Below are positions 29,536 through 39,195 of a stretch of DNA of 64,000 nt, one piece after another (within the stretch, counting starts at the first letter, position 1; every line of letters starts with the position of its first letter). The notes under the pieces were generated by a model. That model worked only from the letters and a program-made list of their open reading frames with translations, did not search any database and had not been told where the DNA came from. The stretch covers positions 9,966 to 73,965 of the forward strand of contig CAZUAS010000001.1 of assembly GCA_964618515.1 (NCBI GenBank), in the 5' to 3' direction. This DNA comes from an uncultured Ignavibacteriales bacterium. GTDB taxonomy: Bacteria > Zixibacteria > MSB-5A5 > GN15 > FEB-12. The position numbers were made by a program, and so were the translations under genes.

Positions 29536-30339
29536 TTACTTCTTTTCGGCCACCAGCCTTATGAAACCCAGGTACCGGCCCCGGTCTTCGCGAAGCGCCG
29601 GAGCTTCATCGTCGAAATAAACACCCAGCTCGTCCAGAAGCTCGGCCCATTTTAACCAGTATTGCCAGCCGTCAGGCATGGTATCGGCCACTTTTATTTT
29701 CACCAGGCCGGTTTTCTCCCAGTGCTTTTGCCACCAGTCAACCGTGTGAAAACTGAAGCACTCCGCCGGATTCCAGAATACCGAACCCGACGGCATCCGG
29801 CGCGTTAGGTATTCCGGAACCTCGTTTTCAAAATCTCGCATCAAACCAGGCACCACAATGCCTATCCGGCTCCCGGGCGGCACAAACGAAAGAATATAAC
29901 CGAGATAATTTTCATCGGTACCGTAATAGTGATAAGAGTCAAGACTTACTATCGCCTCAAAAAAACCGGCGGCATAAGGTAAAGAATGAGCCTCCGTATA
30001 GACCGGAAAGACCCGCTCTTGCATACCTGCCTGGCAGATACGCGGCCAGTTCTCCGACGGTTTAATCCACAGGTCGCTGGCCCAGACATTAATGTCGAAT
30101 TCTTTAGCCAGGAATACGGAACTAACTGCCTTGCCACAGCCAAGGTCCAGTATCCGCTGGTTTTTCTGAAACTCCATCGCCCGGCAGAGCCACTCGGTAA
30201 GCCAGAGGACATTCGGTCCCATATGATTGTCAATGACCCACTGCAGGTCATATTTATTACTCAAAGGAAAATCTTCCGTTTTGAGCCTTGAAATCAAATC
30301 TTCTTTTGATATTTTCATCGCTTTCTTTCTGTAACTCAA
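29536..30339 (-). CDS. class I SAM-dependent methyltransferase
   Basis: ILDLGCGKA motif I. TTG start as given in the track. Confidence 0.75.
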   Translation of the reverse strand: MSYRKKAMKISKEDLISRLKTEDFPLSNKYDLQWVIDNHMGPNVLWLTEWLCRAMEFQKNQRILDLGCGKAVSSVFLAKEFDINVWASDLWIKPSENWPRICQAGMQERVFPVYTEAHSLPYAAGFFEAIVSLDSYHYYGTDENYLGYILSFVPPGSRIGIVVPGLMRDFENEVPEYLTRRMPSGSVFWNPAECFSFHTVDWWQKHWEKTGLVKIKVADTMPDGWQYWLKWAELLDELGVYFDDEAPALREDRGRYLGFIRLVAEKK

Positions 30340-30365
30340 TTATTGCCGATTTTTAATAACTGAAC

Positions 30366-30393
30366 AAAAAAACCGCGTGCATTACGCCCGCGG
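30366..30393 (-). terminator. intrinsic terminator (proximal to the methyltransferase start)
   Basis: On the minus strand: CCGCGGGCG-TAAT-GCACGCGG hairpin followed by 7 T. Confidence 0.65.
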
Positions 30394-30402
30394 CTGGAAG
30401 AT

Positions 30403-30428
30403 AAAAAAACCTTCCCTTAAGGAAGGTT
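30403..30428 (-). terminator. intrinsic terminator (distal)
   Basis: 8-bp stem AACCTTCC/GGAAGGTT with a 5-nt loop, followed on the minus strand by a T run. Confidence 0.7.
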
Positions 30429-30455
30429 GTCTTTATCCGTACCTGTTACGACAGA

Positions 30456-30515
30456 TTAAAAACAACGCCTCCCGGGACGTAATACACTCGTAATATCAAT
30501 CGAAACAGCTCTCAT
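30456..30515 (-). CDS. 19-codon small ORF (MRAVSIDITSVLRPGRRCF), candidate leader peptide or micropeptide
   Basis: ATG 30515 lies 9 nt downstream of GGAGG. TAA stop at 30458-30456. Flanked by its own promoter-like element and two terminators. Confidence 0.35.
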   Translation of the reverse strand: MRAVSIDITSVLRPGRRCF

Positions 30516-30568
30516 GTAATACGTCCTCCTTTTTTTAATCCGTTTAAAAATAAAATTTCAACTTGTTT

Positions 30569-30596
30569 AATTTATCATAAATTAAAAAAAAGTCAA
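30569..30596 (-). promoter_or_regulatory. sigma-70-like promoter upstream of the small ORF
   Basis: On the minus strand: TTGACT (30596-30591), 16 nt, TAAATT (30574-30569). Confidence 0.35.
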
Positions 30597-30675
30597 GAAA
30601 ATAAACTGACCCGAATACTGGTAAAGGCCGCCCCTGACAACAGGGACGACCTTTAGCATATCCTTTTTTAGAGAG

Positions 30676-30987
30676 TTACGGACAGACTGACAGGGGGGTA
30701 TGGGTAATATACAGGAAATCTATCAGTTTGGTGATATCCGAGATATCCGGCTGGCCACCGCTGCCATCGGCATCGGCTTCCTCCGGGCAGCACAGCGGTT
30801 CATGACTTAAATACAGATAATCTATAAGACGGGTGATATCGGAGATGTCGGCGTCGCCACCGCTGCAGTCGGCGTCTCCCCGCGTGCCAACACAACAATC
30901 GGCCGAGTAAACTACTATATGGAGGTCACAAAGAGAGGTGTCCTCTATATCAGTAACCCCGACTATCATTTCAATAGGGGAAAGCAC
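30676..30987 (-). CDS. orphan dockerin-like (double EF-hand, Cys-rich) module; possibly a gene remnant
   Basis: Two repeats: DADCSGGDADISDITRLIDYLY and DADGSGGQPDISDITKLIDFLY. GTG start with no SD and no signal peptide. Overlaps the next gene head-to-head. Confidence 0.35.
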   Translation of the reverse strand: MLSPIEMIVGVTDIEDTSLCDLHIVVYSADCCVGTRGDADCSGGDADISDITRLIDYLYLSHEPLCCPEEADADGSGGQPDISDITKLIDFLYITHTPLSVCP

Positions 30988-33195
30988 TCGGCTGAATTTT
31001 TTTATACTTTCGCTTTTTTAATCCTGTCGCTGGCCGTGCTCGGGCTGGGCCTGGGAGCTCCGGCTTTACACCTGTTCTCTTTTTTGAACCGGGGCAAAAC
31101 GCTGGGTATTTCATTATCCCTGGCCTCTCTGACGGCCCTGGTCGGCCCGCCCCTGGTTTTTAAACTCGGCCTGAAATTCTCGGAATTGCTGCAGAGCTGG
31201 ACGATGGTCGGCAAATTCGCCAGCACTGTCGTTCTGCTCAGCTGTACCTTCTTTTTCGCCGGCATTGCCTTGGCCCTGCTTTTCAAGCGCCATTATCAGC
31301 AGATGCCACGGCTGTATATGGCCGACCTTCTCGGTGCCGGTATCGGCGTCGTCATGGCTATCGTGATGATGAATCGCTTCGAAACCCCGGCGGCGACTTT
31401 TTTAATAACTGTCCCGCTCCTGCTGGCCGCGTTTATCGCCAGCGAACGCCGGTTGAAAATCCTGCCCGTTATCGTATCCGCGCTCTTGCTGTTTTTCGTA
31501 CCCTCGGCAAAAACCCTTCTTGAGATGAAACACCCGGAACGCGCCCTGGTCATCTACAAACACTGGGATGCCATGGCCAAGATTAAAGTCTTTGATTTCG
31601 GCACCCACCGCGGCCTTGAAATCGATAATGTCGCCAACTCCCCGGTATATCCTTTCGACGGCAACTGGGACCGTCCTGACTTCCTTCGCTTCCAGTTCGG
31701 CATCGCCGTGAATTACCTGATTAAACAGTTCGATTCGTGCACATTTCTCTCTCTGGGTGCCGGGGGCGGAGTCGATGTCCTCCAGGCTTTGCAGGAAGGC
31801 TGTACGGAAATACATGCCGTCGAGGTCAACCCGCATATCAACCGAATGATGCTCGTGGATGACCCTTCGGGATACCGGCCGCCAGCTCCGCCTGACACCC
31901 TTACGCCCCGAATCATCACCCTGGCCGAGTACACGGGACATATCTACCGGGACCCCCAGGTCAGAGTCATTACGGAAGACGTTCGCACTTACGTCAAACG
32001 TTTTAAAAACAAGTTCGACGTAATATATTCTCTCAGTTCGAACACCTGGGCGGCGCTGGCTTCGGGCGCTTTCGCCCTGGCGGAAAATTACCTCTTCACC
32101 ACCGAGGCTTTCGAAGATTACTGGCGGGCTCTCTCGGACAGCGGTTTCATGATGATGGAACACCAGTTTTACATGCCGCGGCTGGTCGGCGAAGTCATGG
32201 ACGCTCTTAAAAAACAGGGGGTGGAAAACGTCACCGGCCATTTCGCCGTTTATGACCTGCCCCAGCTGCGCCGCCAGGTTCTGCTTCTTTCAAAGCGATC
32301 CCTAAACGACTCCCTGCGCTACCATGCCCTTTTCGACCTCACCCCCGAAGCCTACCCTTACATCCATCTTTTATACCCGGCGCCCGATTCGCTCTCGGAC
32401 AATCTTATCAACCGCATCGTACAAAACGGCTGGCGGGCCGAAGCCGCTTCGGTCGCGGTCGATATCTCGCCCTGCACCGACGACCGCCCCTTTATCGCCC
32501 ATATGGGCCGGTGGAAAAATTTCTACTGGAATAAACCGGATAAAATCCTGCCCTATGAATTTTACGGGTTCCCGCTGTCCAAAATTATTATCGTCATCAT
32601 TTTAATAGTAATAATTGTCCTGGTATTACCTCTTAACCTGCTTCCTTATTTCATGAAAAAAGACAAGCTTAAAGCCGTCCCCTGGCTGTATTTCTTCACC
32701 ATCGGCGCCGCCTTCATGATTGTCGAGGTCATTCTTATTCAGAAATACACCCTCTTCGTCGGCCCCTCGGTTTACAGCATCACCACCATTCTTTTAACTC
32801 TCCTGGTTGCCTCCGGCCTCGGCAGCCGTTTTTCCGAAAAAGTCGGCGATGGCGTCGCTTTCGGCATGATCTGTCTCTGGCTGCTTCTGGAAATATTTGT
32901 ATTCCGACACCTGACCGGCGCCCTGAGTGCTTTAACTGTTTTCCCGCGCATCCTGATAACCGCCCTTCTGATTTTCCCGCTGGGCTTTTTCATGGGCATG
33001 CCCTTCCCCAAGGGAACACTCAAAGTAAGAGAACTTATTGACTGGGGGTTTGCCGTTAACGGCGTCGCCTCGGTTCTTGGGGCTACCGCCGTTATCCTGG
33101 TGGCCCTGGCGTTCGGACTCAACGCCGCCCTTATGGCCGCGGCGGTCCTGTACCTGCTGGCGTTCGGGTTTATATCATTGAAATCCACCTGGTAA
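30919..33195 (+). CDS. spermidine-synthase-like (class I MTase fold) protein flanked by N- and C-terminal polytopic membrane domains
   Basis: 758 aa. Central LSLGAGGGVDVLQAL...AVEVNP motif, about 6 TM helices before it and about 5 after. The start codon is uncertain (no SD; overlaps 30676-30987). Confidence 0.7.
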   Translation: MEVTKRGVLYISNPDYHFNRGKHSAEFFYTFAFLILSLAVLGLGLGAPALHLFSFLNRGKTLGISLSLASLTALVGPPLVFKLGLKFSELLQSWTMVGKFASTVVLLSCTFFFAGIALALLFKRHYQQMPRLYMADLLGAGIGVVMAIVMMNRFETPAATFLITVPLLLAAFIASERRLKILPVIVSALLLFFVPSAKTLLEMKHPERALVIYKHWDAMAKIKVFDFGTHRGLEIDNVANSPVYPFDGNWDRPDFLRFQFGIAVNYLIKQFDSCTFLSLGAGGGVDVLQALQEGCTEIHAVEVNPHINRMMLVDDPSGYRPPAPPDTLTPRIITLAEYTGHIYRDPQVRVITEDVRTYVKRFKNKFDVIYSLSSNTWAALASGAFALAENYLFTTEAFEDYWRALSDSGFMMMEHQFYMPRLVGEVMDALKKQGVENVTGHFAVYDLPQLRRQVLLLSKRSLNDSLRYHALFDLTPEAYPYIHLLYPAPDSLSDNLINRIVQNGWRAEAASVAVDISPCTDDRPFIAHMGRWKNFYWNKPDKILPYEFYGFPLSKIIIVIILIVIIVLVLPLNLLPYFMKKDKLKAVPWLYFFTIGAAFMIVEVILIQKYTLFVGPSVYSITTILLTLLVASGLGSRFSEKVGDGVAFGMICLWLLLEIFVFRHLTGALSALTVFPRILITALLIFPLGFFMGMPFPKGTLKVRELIDWGFAVNGVASVLGATAVILVALAFGLNAALMAAAVLYLLAFGFISLKSTW

Positions 33196-33278
33196 GGTGT
33201 TATAATGGCTCAACAGTTGATATCGCTGTCTTTAGTAAAAACAAGGTTGGAGCGGTTATATTAAGAAAGGCATCCCGA

Positions 33279-34076
33279 ATGAAAATAGGCTTTGTTCAAA
33301 TGGCTCCGGTGCTCGCTGAGGCAACCACCAATATGAACACCATCGCCCGGCTTATCGACCGGATTCCCGACGCCGATCTGGTGGTTCTCCCGGAACTTTG
33401 CAACTCGGGCTACAACTTCCAATCCGAAAAGCAGGCTCTCCAAACGGCGGAGGAAATTTCCGACAGCCGCTATATCAAGCACCTGCTCTCACTGTGCCGC
33501 AAATATAATTGTCATATTGTTTCGGGTTTCAATGAACGGGAAGGCGACCGCCTGTACAATAGCGCCGTGCTGGTCAGTCCCGGCGGTTATCTCGGTAAAT
33601 ACCGTAAACTGCACCTGTTTTTTAACGAACTGGATTATTTCACACCCGGCGATTGCGGCCTGCCGGTTTTTGATATCGGCGGCTGCAAAATCGGCATGCT
33701 GATATGTTTCGACTGGATGTTCCCCGAGGTCTGGCGCATCATGGCCCTGCAGGGTGCGGATATCATCTGCCATCCCTCGAACCTGGTTATCCCCGAACTC
33801 TGTCAGCGAGCGGTACCGGTACACTCTCTGATTAACAGGGTTTTCAGCATCACCGCCAACCGCTTCGGTACCGAGGGCAACCTGACTTTCACCGGCCTTT
33901 CACTCATTACCGACCCGAAAGGCGAAATCCTCTGCCAGGCCGGCGCCGACCGTGAGGAAGCCGTGTCCATCGAAATCGACATCTATAAGGCTCGCAACAA
34001 AAACGTCACCACTCGTAACCATGTTATATTTGACCGCCGCCCGCATGAATATAAAAAAATCGTCGAGCCGGGATAA
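33279..34076 (+). CDS. carbon-nitrogen hydrolase (nitrilase superfamily)
   Basis: Glu-Lys-Cys triad contexts VVLPEL, YRKLHLF, LICFDWMFPE. Confidence 0.85.
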   Translation: MKIGFVQMAPVLAEATTNMNTIARLIDRIPDADLVVLPELCNSGYNFQSEKQALQTAEEISDSRYIKHLLSLCRKYNCHIVSGFNEREGDRLYNSAVLVSPGGYLGKYRKLHLFFNELDYFTPGDCGLPVFDIGGCKIGMLICFDWMFPEVWRIMALQGADIICHPSNLVIPELCQRAVPVHSLINRVFSITANRFGTEGNLTFTGLSLITDPKGEILCQAGADREEAVSIEIDIYKARNKNVTTRNHVIFDRRPHEYKKIVEPG

Positions 34077-34105
34077 AAAACAGACCGCATATAAGCGAAC
34101 AGCGC

Positions 34106-34645
34106 CTACTTGACAATTTTGATACACTGTTTGAAGGCTTCGCCCTCGGCAATATGCAGCATTTCAAAGAGCGCCATCTCCACGCTGGTGATTTTGCCGC
34201 CGCGCTGCATTATCGCCCGGATGCCGGTCTCCCGGTTTTCCGGTGTCCGCGAAGAAACGGCATCCGCCACCAGGTAAACCTCGTAGCCCCGGTCCAGTAA
34301 ATCCTGCGCCGTCTGATAAACGCAAACATGGGTTTCCATCCCGCACAGCAAAACCTGGTGGCGTCCGGTGTTCTTAAGCCCGGCCATGAATGCCTCATTA
34401 CCGCAGCAACTGAAAGTATTTTTTACCAGCGGTTGTAAACCCGTCAGATTTTCCCTTATCAGCGGGATGGTATCACCGAGCTTGTCGGGAAGCTGCTCGT
34501 TCCAGAGAAGCGGCAGGCCGAGTGCTTTCGCTCCTTTAATCAGCTTCACGATGTTTTCAAAAAAATTATCCCGGTCATACATCAATGTCGCCAGCCGCCC
34601 CTGAATATCCACGATAACCAAAACCGTATCGTCTTTTTTCAGCAC
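34106..34645 (-). CDS. isochorismatase-family cysteine hydrolase
   Basis: VLVIVDIQ and GMETHVCV motifs. Confidence 0.85.
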   Translation of the reverse strand: MLKKDDTVLVIVDIQGRLATLMYDRDNFFENIVKLIKGAKALGLPLLWNEQLPDKLGDTIPLIRENLTGLQPLVKNTFSCCGNEAFMAGLKNTGRHQVLLCGMETHVCVYQTAQDLLDRGYEVYLVADAVSSRTPENRETGIRAIMQRGGKITSVEMALFEMLHIAEGEAFKQCIKIVK

Positions 34646-34874
34646 GTTAAAACCTCATCTTTACTTTCTATTTTATTTATGCATAACCAAGCGGGCACAT
34701 AATTGTTCCAACCTGTTCCTGATAATTATTATATGCAAGTCTCATATTTAAGCAAGTCTATCTTTTGTTGGTTCACTTGAAAATGAGAATCCGGTCAGGT
34801 ACCGGCTTTGTATATTCATGTCGGGGGCGCATATCACCTTGACGCGACTGTGTCAAGAGAACAAAAGCTTAAAA

Positions 34875-36959
34875 CTACAATACCTTTTTTTGAGCCGGAT
34901 TTTTTTCGGCGATGACTTTATCAGCGAGTTCATTTGGCAACGGCGAGTATTCCAGAAATTCCATCGAAAAATTAGCCCGGCCGCTGGACAATGTGCGCAG
35001 AGCCGAGGCATAACCGAACATCTCCATCAACGGCACGGTGCCGCTCAGTTTCTGCGAACCCTTGCGGTGACGGCGCATGTTGTTGATTTTACCCCGGCGG
35101 CGGTTGATATCGCCGATTATGTCGCCTATATATTCATCGGGTGTGTTGACCTCGAGCTTCATCAGTGGTTCCAGAAGCCGAGGCGACGCCTTGTGGATTA
35201 TTTCCCGGAGCGCCTGTTCGGTACCGATACGAAAAGCCATCTCGCTGGAATCGACTTCATGAAAACCGCCGTCCACCAGCACGAATTTCACGTCCACCAT
35301 CGGGAACCCCGCCAGTAAACCTTTCTCGACTATCAGACGGAAACCTTTTTCGACCGCGGGTATAAATTCACGCGGGATGTTACCGCCCCGGACATGGTCA
35401 ACAAACTCGATGCCCTTACCATGGTTCGGTTCCAGACGGTAAATAATATGGGCAAACTGACCTTTGCCACCGGTTTGTTTTTTATACCGGTAGTCGTGGC
35501 TGACTTCCCGGTTTATCGTTTCTCGAAAGGCGACCGCCGGCTGACCCACCACCACCTCGACCTTATGCTCGGTCTTCAGGCGGTCCACGACAATCTCAAG
35601 GTGCAGTTCACCCATTCCGGAAATAACCGTTTCCCCGGTTTCTTCCTCGTAATGAGCTTTGAACGAGGGATCCTCCAGTTTCAATTTACCCAGCGCATGA
35701 GCCATTTTTTCGCGGTCATTTTTATCGACCGTTTCGATTCGCATATCCAGAACCGTCTCGGGGTAATGAATATTTTCCAGAAGAATCGGGTTGGCTTCGT
35801 CGCACAGGGTATCCCCAGTAGTGGTATATTTCATCCCTATCAGGGCACCGATATCGCCGGTTCTAAGCTCGGCTACCTCTTCGCGACGGTCGGCGTGAAT
35901 ACGCATTATGCGTCCGATGCGTTCCCGCCGCTTTTTGGTGGAATTATAAACATAACAGCCCGCTTTTAATACACCCGAATATATCCGGATAAATGTCTGC
36001 TGCCCGACAAAAGTATCGTTGATGATTTTAAATGCCAGAGCCGAGAACGGCCGCTTATCGGACGGCTTGCGGGAGATGGTTTGGTTCGGGTTGGAGCAAT
36101 CCTGGCCGCTTATAATCCCGCGGTCCACCGGCGAGGGCAGGTAGTCCACCACGGCATCCAGAAGCAGTTGAATACCCTTATTTTTAAAAGCGCTCCCGCA
36201 GAATACCGGGGTTATACAGATACCCATAACTGCATGGCGGGCGGCACGCTTGATATCCTCAACGGTTATCTCTTCCTCGTTCAAATATTTCGCCATTAGA
36301 CTTTCATCAAAATCGGCCAGCCGGGTCACGAGGTTTTCGTGAAGTTTCGCCGCCTGGACCTGAAATGACTCCGGAATTTCGGAAACTACCCGGACCAGGC
36401 GGTCAAAAGTTATGACCTTCATGGTCACCAGGTCGATTATACCTTCCAGTTCCTGCCCATTCATAACCGGAATCTGGAAGGGTACGGCATTGGCTCCCAA
36501 CATTTCGTTCATCATTTCAACCGTGTTGAAAAAATCCGCGCCCGGACGGTCCATCTTGTTGACAAAGGCAATCCGCGGGACCATGTAACGGTCGGCCTGG
36601 TGCCAGACGGTTTCACTTTGCGGTTCCACTCCGCCGACCGCACAGAACACCATCACAATACCATCGAGAACTCGCAAAGAACGCTCTACCTCGAGCGTGA
36701 AATCGATATGTCCGGGAGTGTCGATAATGTTTATCTGGTGATCCAGCCAGCTGGTCGTGATAGCCGCCGATGAGATGGTTATCCCCCGCTCCTGTTCCTG
36801 CTTCATGAAATCCATCACGGCCTGGCCGTTGTGCACCTCGCCGATGCGGTGAATCATTCCCGTAAAGAACAATATCCGTTCCGTGGTGGTCGTTTTGCCG
36901 GCGTCAATATGAGCGACAATACCGATATTGCGTATCTTTTGAGTAATCACAGCCTCCAA
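34875..36959 (-). CDS. fusA: elongation factor G family GTPase (stand-alone copy)
   Basis: [18 protein letters not shown] motifs. 694 aa with five EF-G-like domains. Not next to rpsL/rpsG/tuf. Confidence 0.9.
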   Translation of the reverse strand: MEAVITQKIRNIGIVAHIDAGKTTTTERILFFTGMIHRIGEVHNGQAVMDFMKQEQERGITISSAAITTSWLDHQINIIDTPGHIDFTLEVERSLRVLDGIVMVFCAVGGVEPQSETVWHQADRYMVPRIAFVNKMDRPGADFFNTVEMMNEMLGANAVPFQIPVMNGQELEGIIDLVTMKVITFDRLVRVVSEIPESFQVQAAKLHENLVTRLADFDESLMAKYLNEEEITVEDIKRAARHAVMGICITPVFCGSAFKNKGIQLLLDAVVDYLPSPVDRGIISGQDCSNPNQTISRKPSDKRPFSALAFKIINDTFVGQQTFIRIYSGVLKAGCYVYNSTKKRRERIGRIMRIHADRREEVAELRTGDIGALIGMKYTTTGDTLCDEANPILLENIHYPETVLDMRIETVDKNDREKMAHALGKLKLEDPSFKAHYEEETGETVISGMGELHLEIVVDRLKTEHKVEVVVGQPAVAFRETINREVSHDYRYKKQTGGKGQFAHIIYRLEPNHGKGIEFVDHVRGGNIPREFIPAVEKGFRLIVEKGLLAGFPMVDVKFVLVDGGFHEVDSSEMAFRIGTEQALREIIHKASPRLLEPLMKLEVNTPDEYIGDIIGDINRRRGKINNMRRHRKGSQKLSGTVPLMEMFGYASALRTLSSGRANFSMEFLEYSPLPNELADKVIAEKNPAQKKVL

Positions 36960-37289
36960 TTATAAACTCCCGGGTAACTACAGGTTGTTAAGAAATTACT
37001 ACTTAGAAAATAGGGTTCAGCCTGTTTTCGTAAACCTGTAATCAAAACCACCCAAAAAAGTTCAAAAAAAGGTGACAATATATATCAAAAAAAACAAGAT
37101 GTCAAAAAATCTTTCATTATTATTGTAACCAATTGATTATAAAACACTTATGCGGACGCAACTTATCTTCTGAAACCACCTTTTTTAAGGGGAAAAATAA
37201 AAAAAGTATTAATTTTTTTCTTAATCATAAACAGTTATATCATATAAAACGTAAAAGAATTATTAATCATCAACAAGAATGGTAAAAAG

Positions 37290-38504
37290 ATGAATGGTGT
37301 TAAAAAACACGAAGACGCGCTGTCGGCACATGTTTTTTATAGCCATCCCGTCTATAAAACCGATTTTACATCGGCTTCCGATGTTTACCTTTATGATTCC
37401 TCTGGCCGCCAATATATGGATTTTGAATCCGGCATCTGGTGTGCCTCGCTGGGTCATAACCATCCCGCCATTGCAGAATCTATTCATAAACAGCTGGACA
37501 AAGTAATTCATCTGGGGGCAACAGTCACATCACCTTTAACGGAAGAAACCGCAATCACGCTTTTACGTCACACCCCGTTTGAACATGGACAAGCTGTTTT
37601 TCTCAGCTCCGGAAGTGAGGCGGTGGAACTGAGCCTGAAACTGGCCCGGCTTTTTACCGGTCGAAACCGGCTGGTAACCTTCACCCGAAGTTACCTGGGA
37701 GCTTACGGCTTTTCCGGACAGCTTGATAATACTAATTGCTGGCAACTGGTTGACATCGATAATTGTCTGGGTTGCTCCGAAGAAAAGTGTACCTGGTCCT
37801 GCGGGGCGCTCAAGCATATCAAGCCCGACATGACTGCCGCATTTATTATCGAACCGGTGCTTGCTTCGGGCGGCATACTATTCCCTCCGACCAAATGCGT
37901 TAAATTCTTAGCCGGCGAAATTAACAGCACCGGCGGCTTATTCATTACCAATGAAGTTACCACCGGCCTGGGACGAACCGGCCGATGGCTGGGTGTTGAA
38001 CATCACGAAGTAACTCCCGATCTGATCGTTTTCGGAAAAACTCTGGGCAACGGCTACCCTGTCAGCGCGGTGGCCATGTCACGTCAGGTCGCCGACATGC
38101 TTCTTACAAAAGATTTTTATTACGTCCAGTCTCACCAAAACGACCCTCTGGGTTGTGCGGTAGCAAAAACCGTTCTTGAGACTCTTGAGAAGGAAAAACT
38201 GATTGACCGTTCTCAAAAGCTCGGCGAATTTTTTAAAAAACAACTTGGTGAACTGCAATCGAAACATAATCTCATAAAGGATATAAGAGGTTTCGGTCTT
38301 ATGTACGGTTTGGAATTGAATAGCAAACTGACCGGCGGTGAAAAAGGTGTTGTTGCCATCGTCAAAAACATGTTGGCGCATGGTTTCTATATCGGTTCCA
38401 AACCCAAATTAAATCTTTTAAGGTTTTTCCCGCCATTAACAATTCGTGAAGAGCATATACTTGAGCTTTGCCGGACTATGGGAAATATTTTTTTGAAATT
38501 GTAA
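37290..38504 (+). CDS. class-III (omega) aminotransferase-like PLP enzyme, atypical
   Basis: SGSEAVE and FGKTLGNG (Schiff-base Lys250) motifs. Has NEV in place of the DEV motif (Asn221) and a 5-Cys insertion at about aa 150-171. Confidence 0.8.
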   Translation: MNGVKKHEDALSAHVFYSHPVYKTDFTSASDVYLYDSSGRQYMDFESGIWCASLGHNHPAIAESIHKQLDKVIHLGATVTSPLTEETAITLLRHTPFEHGQAVFLSSGSEAVELSLKLARLFTGRNRLVTFTRSYLGAYGFSGQLDNTNCWQLVDIDNCLGCSEEKCTWSCGALKHIKPDMTAAFIIEPVLASGGILFPPTKCVKFLAGEINSTGGLFITNEVTTGLGRTGRWLGVEHHEVTPDLIVFGKTLGNGYPVSAVAMSRQVADMLLTKDFYYVQSHQNDPLGCAVAKTVLETLEKEKLIDRSQKLGEFFKKQLGELQSKHNLIKDIRGFGLMYGLELNSKLTGGEKGVVAIVKNMLAHGFYIGSKPKLNLLRFFPPLTIREEHILELCRTMGNIFLKL

Positions 38505-38561
38505 AAAAATGTTCATTCATAAAAGAACTATAGAGAAAATAAAAGAAAGAAAGGCGCGGTT

Positions 38562-39131
38562 ATGGGTTTGGAGAATCCCAGTTCTTTTGATGTTATGACC
38601 CATACTCTCTTTTTTCGTCTGATGGGTCCGTTATATAAAAAATATATCCGGAGTCTGGGTTTACAGGGTAATGAAAAAATACTGGAGTTCGGCTGTGGTT
38701 CCGGAGAAGCCTCGCATTTTTTAGCTGATATCTTAAATAAAGACGGCGGGCATTTAACCTGCCTGGATATTTCCGAATCCTGGATAAAAGCCGTCAAAAA
38801 GAGATTGAAAAAATATCGGAATACTGATTTTATGACCGGCGATATTCTTAAACTGTCATTCGACCGGACATCCTACGATGGCGTTTTTATCCATTATGTG
38901 CTGCACGATATCGACCCCCAACTTCGTCCGCAGGTCATCCGGTCTCTGACCGCACTGTTAAAAAATGGCGGGAAAATTTTCATCCGGGAACCGAACAAAG
39001 CCGGACACGGGATGTCAGCCGCTGAAATAAAAAAACTGATGTCCGATTGCGGACTCATAGAAACCAGGGGAACAACAGAGAAAAACTTGTTCTTGGGGAC
39101 TTTTTTCACCGGTATTTTCAACAAACCGTGA
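38562..39131 (+). CDS. class I SAM-dependent methyltransferase
   Basis: ILEFGCGSGEAS motif I; 189 aa. Confidence 0.7.
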   Translation: MGLENPSSFDVMTHTLFFRLMGPLYKKYIRSLGLQGNEKILEFGCGSGEASHFLADILNKDGGHLTCLDISESWIKAVKKRLKKYRNTDFMTGDILKLSFDRTSYDGVFIHYVLHDIDPQLRPQVIRSLTALLKNGGKIFIREPNKAGHGMSAAEIKKLMSDCGLIETRGTTEKNLFLGTFFTGIFNKP

Positions 39132-39148
39132 AAAGACTAACTGACATA

Positions 39149-39177
39149 AACCGGCTATTCATGATGGAAAGCCGGTT
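39149..39177. terminator. hairpin between convergent genes
   Basis: 8-bp stem AACCGGCT/AGCCGGTT with a 13-nt loop. A T-rich tract follows on the plus strand. Confidence 0.45.
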
Positions 39178-39195
39178 CTTTCGTTCGTAAAATCG

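Noticed and set aside
30296-30306. Apparent 1-nt register disagreement between my manual re-translation of the 5' end of the 29536-30339 methyltransferase and the track protein
   Set aside because: The track protein reads through the site (…KISKEDLISRLK…), so I attribute the discrepancy to my hand reading of the line break at 30300/30301. Coordinates I quote within 30301-30360 could be off by one.
38509-38598. 29-codon ORF (MFIHKRTIEKIKERKARLWVWRIPVLLML) overlapping the start of the 38562 methyltransferase in another frame; possible frameshifted N-terminus
   Set aside because: The 189-aa methyltransferase is complete without it (motif I is at the normal distance from the N-terminus). The short ORF is AT-rich and low-complexity, with no SD.
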